A DNA stretch of 58,162 nucleotides from Acidobacteriaceae bacterium (GTDB lineage Bacteria; Acidobacteriota; Terriglobia; Terriglobales; Acidobacteriaceae). The DNA is taken from the NCBI GenBank assembly GCA_003138955.1, contig PLHP01000200.1, positions 1 to 58,162 of the forward strand. Reading direction: 5' to 3'. The notes below the pieces were generated by a model. That model saw only the letters and a program-made list of their open reading frames with translations. It was not told the origin of the DNA and searched no databases. Shown piece by piece: positions 51,988 to 58,162 of the stretch. The stretch's first letter is position 1; the number at the start of each line of letters is the position of its first letter. The translations under genes were made by a program, and so were the position numbers.

Positions 51988-53796
51988 TCATGCGATCATC
52001 GTCGTCGTCACACGGTTCTTAATCAGGGTTGTGCGGCCGGAGGTCTTACTGATGCGGAAGAAGTAAATTCCGCCGTAGATGCCCCAGACGAGCGCGATCC
52101 CCAGCGCCAGGAGCGGCTCCATCTTGGTGCCATAACCCATGAAGGGGCCAATCACATAGAACGCCATGCAGGCCAGGTTGGCGAGCAATCCGAAGACCGG
52201 GATCAGCAGATGGCGAACCAGCTTGAACTGCGGGTGCTTGTGATAGCAGACCATGCAAGTTAGGCAACTCAGCATGTAGAGCAAGAACGTGCCAAAGTTC
52301 GAAGCCAGCGTCGTAACCAGGAAGGTATTCGGCAACGCCGCCATCTTGTCATGCGTGGTGTACCCGAAACTGGACCAGAAGCCGTGCGGCAATGCCTGAA
52401 TGGCCGAGTCTGGGGGAGCGGCGCCGTCGCCAAAAAACACCACGACCGTGATGCACCCGACCACGGCTGAAATGATCGCCAGTGTCCAAATGGCCCGGTG
52501 CGGTGTCAGGTTCTTGGAATGCAGCAGGCCAAAGTGTTCCGGCACCTCCTGATCTTTACCCATAGCGTAGGTCACCCGCGCCCCGGTGTTGATACAAGAG
52601 AGCGTGGTGCCGATCAGCGCCAGAAATACCGTGGCCGCCTCGACCAGCATGAAGGTTCGTCCGTTCCCTGCGCCGAATAGCGCATCGCCGACCATGGTCA
52701 TCATGTCCCCGATGGGCGCCGCCGAAGCTCCGGCAAAGCTCATTGGATAGCCGCTATTGAGAAAGTAATTGGCGGCAAAATATTCGAACAGATAACAGAA
52801 ACACCCTTGGACCAGCAGCGAGACGATGACCGCGATCGGGATATCGCGTTTGGCGTTCTTGGCCTCGCCTCCCATCGAGGTAACCGATTCAAATCCGACG
52901 AGAATGAGGATGGCAATGGTAGCCTGCACGAACATCCAGCCGAAATTGTGCATACTGACGACCGAGCGTGCCGTGGGATGAGAGACAAAAGCGCCGCTCG
53001 CATCCTTCTCCGGATAACTGATGTGATAGGGCACCGGTTTCCCGGCCGCATCCAATCTAGGCTGCGGCACACCGTTCGCGTTACGTGTGATGACATCAGT
53101 AGCCGTTCCATTCACCGTCTGGGAGGTGGTCGCGAACTCGTACTTGTACGCGGCGCTGGTTTGCGCGTCGAACTGGAAGGCCACGCTGCCCGGGGGGTGA
53201 TTCACCCGGTAGCCGAGCGCGATAACCGCGAACACAACCAAAGCGCTGATCTGGATGATGTTGATGGCGATGTTCACGGCAGTCGAACCGGTGATGCCGC
53301 GGTGGGCGATATAGGACACGGCAAACGAGAACACGATTGCAACCGCCATCATGAACATGGGGCCGGGATTGGAGGCGCTCATGAAACTTGGCCAAAGCGT
53401 CCCTACCAAGTAGCCGGAGATGACTCCGATGACGCCCACCATCACGCCGGGGTAGATCCAGTAGTAGAGATGCGAGCCCCAGCCGACGACAAATTTGGCC
53501 ACACGAGCATATGGCCAAGCCTTATCGTGGTTGAGGAACGATTGCTCGGCAAAGTAATACGAACTGCCGGTTCCGGGATACAGCTTCGCCATTTCCGCGT
53601 AAGAGATGGCGGTGGCAAGGCACAACAAGGTGGCAAACAGGATGCTAATCCACATTGACGGTGCGGTCGCGCCCGCAGCTGCCTGCCCGGCAAAGGTGAG
53701 CCACAGGAACGCTCCTGGTGCAATCAGCGCCATCGCGTTCATCGTGAGACCGGTCAAACCTACAGTCGATTTCATTTCTACAGAGTTTTCTACCAT
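51988..53796 (-). CDS. APC-superfamily transporter (large, with an extracytoplasmic insertion)
   Basis: About 602 aa with many TM helices. The ATG at 53796 follows GGAG at suitable spacing. The N-terminal L..NAMALIAPGAF.W is typical of APC permeases. Confidence 0.75.
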   Translation of the reverse strand: MVENSVEMKSTVGLTGLTMNAMALIAPGAFLWLTFAGQAAAGATAPSMWISILFATLLCLATAISYAEMAKLYPGTGSSYYFAEQSFLNHDKAWPYARVAKFVVGWGSHLYYWIYPGVMVGVIGVISGYLVGTLWPSFMSASNPGPMFMMAVAIVFSFAVSYIAHRGITGSTAVNIAINIIQISALVVFAVIALGYRVNHPPGSVAFQFDAQTSAAYKYEFATTSQTVNGTATDVITRNANGVPQPRLDAAGKPVPYHISYPEKDASGAFVSHPTARSVVSMHNFGWMFVQATIAILILVGFESVTSMGGEAKNAKRDIPIAVIVSLLVQGCFCYLFEYFAANYFLNSGYPMSFAGASAAPIGDMMTMVGDALFGAGNGRTFMLVEAATVFLALIGTTLSCINTGARVTYAMGKDQEVPEHFGLLHSKNLTPHRAIWTLAIISAVVGCITVVVFFGDGAAPPDSAIQALPHGFWSSFGYTTHDKMAALPNTFLVTTLASNFGTFLLYMLSCLTCMVCYHKHPQFKLVRHLLIPVFGLLANLACMAFYVIGPFMGYGTKMEPLLALGIALVWGIYGGIYFFRISKTSGRTTLIKNRVTTTMIA

Positions 53797-53889
53797 AAGT
53801 GTTCTCCTATAAGTTTTTGTCATCTTCCACAATCGCTCCGAGCGTCTTCGCTCAAAGTCCGGGCACAACCTGGACCGCACGCCCGGGTA

Positions 53890-54132
53890 CTACTTATCGG
53901 AACTTCCTGCGCGGCTGCGAGAAGAACGCTCGCGGTCCGCGTCGGATTCGTGCCGTTCGTCCTGCGCCGCGCAGAGCTTCGCCACCGAACTCGCCAGCAT
54001 GGCCATGCTGGCAAGCATTACCATCACGCCGGGCAACGGACTGGTTGCCAATAAGTACATGCCTGTAACCAACCCAGCAAGTCCGCCAAACACAACCGCT
54101 GCATCGAGGACACCGAGCAAGTTCTTCAGCAT
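53890..54132 (-). CDS. Small two-TM membrane protein
   Basis: 80 aa with two hydrophobic helices and a charged C-terminal tail. Its ATG is embedded in the stop region of the upstream small ORF (gcATGcTGA). Confidence 0.5.
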   Translation of the reverse strand: MLKNLLGVLDAAVVFGGLAGLVTGMYLLATSPLPGVMVMLASMAMLASSVAKLCAAQDERHESDADRERSSRSRAGSSDK

Positions 54133-54365
54133 GCGGGTTCGCCGTGGACGAACTCACAGAATTGCTGGTGGGGGGCGGTCAGAGCGCTGGCACCAGGGGA
54201 TATCTGGGATTTTGCCCCGGCCGCTGGTCCCCACATCGCGGGCAGCACAACTTGCTGCTGCCCGATACCATCGTATGTCTGCGTGTTGTGCGCGAGTCTC
54301 ATTGTTACCTGGCATCGGCGCTGGTGAAGGCATAGACCAAGCCGAGCGTGACGGTTCTTGGCCAT
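54126..54365 (-). CDS. Possible small ORF (79 aa, 4 Cys) translationally coupled to the small membrane protein
   Basis: The ATG at 54365 is preceded by AAGGAGAAGGAGG, and the stop overlaps the next ATG. The composition is not strongly protein-like and I recognise no motif. Confidence 0.3.
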   Translation of the reverse strand: MAKNRHARLGLCLHQRRCQVTMRLAHNTQTYDGIGQQQVVLPAMWGPAAGAKSQISPGASALTAPHQQFCEFVHGEPAC

Positions 54366-54469
54366 CGCCTCCTTCTCCTTCGGGCCCGCGCAGGAACGTC
54401 CGCGCGCCCGTCGTGTCCCGGTGATCGTGCCCGGCAAGGCTGCGCTCGTGCAGTAGTGGAGGTCGTCAG

Positions 54470-55906
54470 CTACCAGGCGCCCTCCATGCGGCCAAACCAC
54501 CAGATCAATCCGACCGTGGCCGTGCTTTGTTGATGGCTAAGTACACCTTGCGTAGAGGTTAGGAACGACCCTTGGTTGGAAAAATCGCGTCGCCACTCGT
54601 AGCGCACCAGAAAGTTGTCCGCAAGGTTGTAGTCATAGGTAACGGTAGCTTCCTTCAGCGCCTGGGTGAGACCGCTGAACAGTCCACCGCGGTCGGAGAA
54701 ATATTCGGCGCGAGCAGCGAACACCATTTTCTTCGTCAATCGATACTGGGCGTAACCCGCGCCGCCGATTGCATGAGATGGCGCCGACGATTGGCCGAGC
54801 GCGAGGTTTGTATTTCTCCACAGCCGTTCGATCTCGTAGTCGCCTTCCAAAGCCAGCGTCAGCTTTGGCGTAGTTTGCCAGCTCACGTACGTGTCAAAAA
54901 TGTTCGTACGACCGTTAGGAGCTGGCTGGATTGCCGTGAATGTCAGGCCCGGCTGGACTGGCATCGGGATGGTGCCGCTCACGGTCGGTGGCGTACCTGG
55001 TGGCAGCGTCACCACGGCCCGGTCAGGATGCTCCTGCCCGTAATAATAGTTCACAGTCCAGGAAATCGTTTTACGGGGCGTAACAACAAATCCGAATAAC
55101 TCGTCTTTGAAACCGTTGGTAGCTTCGGCCTGGTTCGTGCCGTTAACGACCCAGTAGTTGACCGCAAGCTTGTCGTTCACCTTGTAGTTGGCTCGCAGGC
55201 CCATATGATAGAAGGGGAGAAAGTTGAACCAGTACGAACGGGAATAGTTCATCTGGTCTTTGGTGTAGTTGCCTTCAATCCCAAGGGAGCTCGCCCACTT
55301 GCCGAAATCCACGGTGAGACCCGTACCCAGCGGGATGACGTACGTTCCGTACGCCTGGAAGACGTTGCGGTAGATATCAGGCCGAGGTTCGTTGTCCGGG
55401 TTCCCCTGCGTGCTGGCTGTCGCCTGACCGAATTGCAAGTCAAGACGCGCGCCATAGCGCCGGCCAGCCTCCAGGTCGGGTGGACGATTAAAGATCACAC
55501 TGGCCTGATTCAAGCTGAAGTTATTACTGAGAACGTCGTAGGCACGCAAAAGATTGACGCGCCCGACCGGAGCATTGAAGTTATATTCGTAGTATCCATC
55601 GATACTTACGTTGATGGTGGTGCCTTTCAGGTAGTCGAGGATCTTGCGATCGTCGCTTGTGAATTGCGCTTGTGGGGCCGGCTGGTTCTGTTCCTCGATG
55701 GCCGCTTGGGTGGGAAGACTCTTCATTGCGGCGACCTCCGCACGAAGATCCTTCACCTCTTGTTCCAGCCGTTCCATGTGTTGGAGGATCGCCTCATTCG
55801 ACGCCGGAGCGGTCCCCGCTTGGTCCTGAGCTTTGGCGGAAGATACGAGCATTAGACATGTAAGAAAAAACACGAATCCCTTATGGAAAACAATCCATCG
55901 TTTCAT
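54470..55906 (-). CDS. Outer-membrane beta-barrel porin with an N-terminal coiled-coil segment
   Basis: A signal peptide (…LMLVSSAKAQ) is followed by a heptad segment (LQHMERLEQEVKDLRAEVAAMK). Alternating amphipathic strands rich in Y/G/N then run to a terminal aromatic residue (…MEGAW). Confidence 0.7.
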   Translation of the reverse strand: MKRWIVFHKGFVFFLTCLMLVSSAKAQDQAGTAPASNEAILQHMERLEQEVKDLRAEVAAMKSLPTQAAIEEQNQPAPQAQFTSDDRKILDYLKGTTINVSIDGYYEYNFNAPVGRVNLLRAYDVLSNNFSLNQASVIFNRPPDLEAGRRYGARLDLQFGQATASTQGNPDNEPRPDIYRNVFQAYGTYVIPLGTGLTVDFGKWASSLGIEGNYTKDQMNYSRSYWFNFLPFYHMGLRANYKVNDKLAVNYWVVNGTNQAEATNGFKDELFGFVVTPRKTISWTVNYYYGQEHPDRAVVTLPPGTPPTVSGTIPMPVQPGLTFTAIQPAPNGRTNIFDTYVSWQTTPKLTLALEGDYEIERLWRNTNLALGQSSAPSHAIGGAGYAQYRLTKKMVFAARAEYFSDRGGLFSGLTQALKEATVTYDYNLADNFLVRYEWRRDFSNQGSFLTSTQGVLSHQQSTATVGLIWWFGRMEGAW

Positions 55907-56170
55907 TTCTCCAATTCTCCCCTGGTGCGTGCAACGGATGGCCGTGCGCCTCCGATGCCAGCAAGTTGACCTTAGGAGTCCAACCAGTGCGGGTCCAACG
56001 CATATTTTCCATGCTCTGCATCGGAGTTTCTTGTTGAGAAATAATACTTATGAGGGCGATAAACGTAGATTTATGTCTGGAGGCGCCGACAAACGGCCGA
56101 GAAGAGGCTTGGGGAACGCGTTCGAGACGGCGCGGGGCACGATTCGGAATAGACAGATTCATATTTTTAG

Positions 56171-56186
56171 TGGCTGCCTATTGGCT
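56171..56186 (+). promoter_or_regulatory. Candidate sigma-54 (-24/-12) promoter upstream of the glutamine synthetase gene
   Basis: TGGCtg-cctat-tGGCt compares with the consensus TGGCAC-N5-TTGCW, and GG/GC spacing is preserved. It lies ~100 nt upstream of the ancestral ATG at 56283. Confidence 0.3.
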
Positions 56187-56431
56187 CGGCTGCTCCCCGC
56201 GCGGTACCCTGTTGCCCGGCGGTTCAAACGAATAATGCATACGGGCTTGGCCCGGCCAACCAGGAGATGCATGTACACAGAACTGAGAAATTTTCTTGCG
56301 ATCCCATACGACGAACTCGAACAGATAAATCTGAAAGCTAAAGAACAGCGGAAGAATCGTGTTGCCCTCCACAAGATTAGGAAGAACGTCTGAAATATCT
56401 GACCGATGCGAAGTAAATCAAGGCCCTGACG

Positions 56432-57700
56432 GTGCTGTTCAGCGATTTGGAAGGGCGTCTGCACATGCTGGACTACGACAAGAAGTTCCTGCTGAAGAGT
56501 TGGGACAACCTGACATTTGATGGATCGTCGATTCGCGGCTTTACGGCGCAACGCGAGAGCGATTTGCGTCTTGCTATCGACTGGAGCGCGTTCTATTGGG
56601 CGCCGGCGGACATATCCGGTCCGGGTAAAGTGCTGGTGTTCGGCGACGTCATTGACAAGGGCGGGGAGCCATACGCGGCAGACATTCGCGGCGTCTTGAA
56701 GACTTTTGCCGGTGAATTGAATGAAAAGAAGGGCTACACGCTCAACGCCGCCAACGAGATCGAAGGCTTCATCTTCCAGGGAAAAGACGCCGAGCGGAAT
56801 TATTACCAGACAGGTAAGTTCGAATACGTGAACACCGGCGGATACTACCACTCATTGCCCGGCGATCCGCTGCGCACGTTCATTGATACCGCCGCCGAAG
56901 TGCAGCGTGCGATGGGCTTCGAGAACGAGAAGGATCACCCCGAGGTTGCGCCCTCGCAGTTTGAAATCAACTACAGCTATGGCGAAGTGGTGGCCGCCGC
57001 CGATCAAATCCAACTGTACAAGCTGATTTGCCGTCAGGTGGCGACACATATGGGGCTGACCGCTTCGTTTCTACCCAAGCCGGTCGCGGGCGTGAACCGC
57101 AGCGGTATGCACACGAATGTTTCGATCAGCACGAATGGAAAGAATCTGTTCTGGGATCCCAAAGGCGAAGAGAAGCTGAGCAAGTTCGGGTATGAATTCC
57201 TGGACCGCATCCTGACGCACGGGAATGATATCTGCCTGATGATGAATGCCAGCGTGAACGCCTTCCGGCGCCTGGATCCGCACTTTGAGGCGCCGAACCA
57301 ACTTAAAGCGTCGCCAGTCGATCGTGGTGCGATGATTCGCATCCCGATCGGCAACGAGAAGAGCATGCGGGTGGAGGTGCGTGCGGTCAGTCCCGACGCC
57401 AATCCCTATATGGTGATGTATTCGATCTTCAAGACAGGGTTGGATGGAGAAATATCGAAGATCAAGAACCTGCGCCAGGCGGAACGCTATCTGCCGGACA
57501 ACATTTATGACGCGATCGACGGTTTCCGCAAGGCCAAGTGGACGTCGGAGATTCTCGGTGAAGACGTCAAGGGCCGGTATGCCGATCTGAAGCAAGCGTC
57601 TGCCGACCGCTGTCCGCGTCTGCCGGGCTCGTTCGTCAAGACGCAGGAAGTCCAGTACCACCACGACGTGTACAACCAGTTCTTGTGGAATCTGTTTTAG
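56432..57700 (+). CDS. glnA: Glutamine synthetase (type I-like); 5' end apparently disrupted
   Basis: FDGSSIRGF, NEIEGFIF, the HPEVAPSQFEIN motif, NRSGMHTN and NAFRRL match glutamine synthetase. The longest intact ORF starts at a GTG inside the first conserved beta-strand. See the finding on 56283-56434. Confidence 0.8.
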   Translation: MLFSDLEGRLHMLDYDKKFLLKSWDNLTFDGSSIRGFTAQRESDLRLAIDWSAFYWAPADISGPGKVLVFGDVIDKGGEPYAADIRGVLKTFAGELNEKKGYTLNAANEIEGFIFQGKDAERNYYQTGKFEYVNTGGYYHSLPGDPLRTFIDTAAEVQRAMGFENEKDHPEVAPSQFEINYSYGEVVAAADQIQLYKLICRQVATHMGLTASFLPKPVAGVNRSGMHTNVSISTNGKNLFWDPKGEEKLSKFGYEFLDRILTHGNDICLMMNASVNAFRRLDPHFEAPNQLKASPVDRGAMIRIPIGNEKSMRVEVRAVSPDANPYMVMYSIFKTGLDGEISKIKNLRQAERYLPDNIYDAIDGFRKAKWTSEILGEDVKGRYADLKQASADRCPRLPGSFVKTQEVQYHHDVYNQFLWNLF

Positions 57701-57759
57701 GATGCGTTTTGGTTGATTTAATCTATAGGAAAAACAAAAATCGATTTAAGAAACAAAAT

Positions 57760-58162
57760 CCATGGACGGCAACCTTGTGCTCAGGAAGGGTGGCCTGGCT
57801 AAGAGGGCCATTGAAATGAGGTTGTTGCGACTCCAAGGTAACGAATCGCTTGGGCGTGGATGATTCGGTGATCCAGCACCCTCTGCGCCACAGCACAGTA
57901 GCAACCACGCAGAACCATTACATCAAGACCGCATCGCAAGATGCCAATCGCGCAGGCAGTTCTCAGAGGCCTTATTGTGCTCCAGATGGCGGAGTCAAGT
58001 CCAAAGGCTCCGTGCGGTAGGAGTGGCTAAGTGTCTACCTATGAGTGCATGGCGGAGAGGGAGGAGTTCTCTATCGACCCTTTCCTGCAAGTCATGGTGA
58101 TTCCTACTGTTAGCGATTCTAACCTGTGTTTATGCTGGTGTCGAGCACATTCGTAACTTAGG
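57760..58162. other. Non-coding, lower-GC tail with hairpins (unassigned; possible structured RNA or element boundary)
   Basis: No credible ORF is present. There is a GNRA-capped hairpin, gcatc-gcaa-gatgc, at 57931-57944 and several other short stem-loops. An AT-rich stretch at 57700-57760 separates it from glnA. Confidence 0.25.

Noticed and set aside
1-58162. A search for CRISPR arrays, rRNA or tRNA genes, transposases, integrases, toxin-antitoxin pairs or recognisable defence-system genes.
   Set aside because: I saw no regularly spaced direct repeats, no RNA-gene signatures, and no ORFs with nuclease, recombinase, reverse-transcriptase or ATPase defence hallmarks on either strand. The window is metabolic and transport in character.

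Overview
The window is GC-rich and densely coding. It looks like chromosomal DNA from an Acidobacteriota-like bacterium; this is an inference from two roughly 1,090-aa TonB-dependent receptors with N-terminal carboxypeptidase-regulatory-like domains. I found no rRNA, tRNA, CRISPR array, transposase or integrase.

Content from left to right:
- 0-10.8 kb: housekeeping and accessory genes. These are adenosine deaminase, a PilZ/coiled-coil protein, a SpoIIAA-like STAS protein, an FAD oxidoreductase, a Tat-signal FAH-family hydrolase, a RutA/SfnG-like flavin monooxygenase with a nitroreductase, glutaryl-CoA dehydrogenase and a cytochrome c.
- 11.0-14.5 kb, minus strand: a partial F420 operon, cofC-cofE-cofH-fno.
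- 14.7-40.0 kb, plus strand: a co-directional array of about 25 kb headed by a GntR regulator and a TonB-dependent receptor. It contains two novel His-motif membrane proteins built from three paralogous 4-TM modules, a CoxM-S-G-L-type molybdenum hydroxylase with an atypical active-site loop, a hydrolase/reductase block (PanE x2, M24 x2, M20, Mer-like LLM, FAH, DRE-TIM lyase/synthase), a Tat-less PsrABC/SoeABC-like molybdoenzyme operon interrupted by a MoaD/ThiS-like diglycine gene, and a class-V PLP enzyme.
- 40.0-49.6 kb, minus strand: a convergent second locus with a TonB-dependent receptor, three class-V PLP paralogues and an APC permease. It sits under a divergent second GntR regulator with clear palindromes in the shared promoter.
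- 49.6-58.2 kb: a gene remnant, a secreted cyclase/formamidase, PP2C, a porin/small-ORF/APC-transporter operon, a glutamine synthetase whose 5' end appears disrupted, and a non-coding tail.

Best candidates for something undescribed:
- The cytoplasm-facing Mo-enzyme, sulfur-carrier-like protein and multi-PLP cluster.
- The triplicated His-triad membrane module downstream of the first receptor.
- A 70-80 nt intergenic element present twice inside the long operon-like array.

All functional calls come from by-eye motif recognition. No database search was run.
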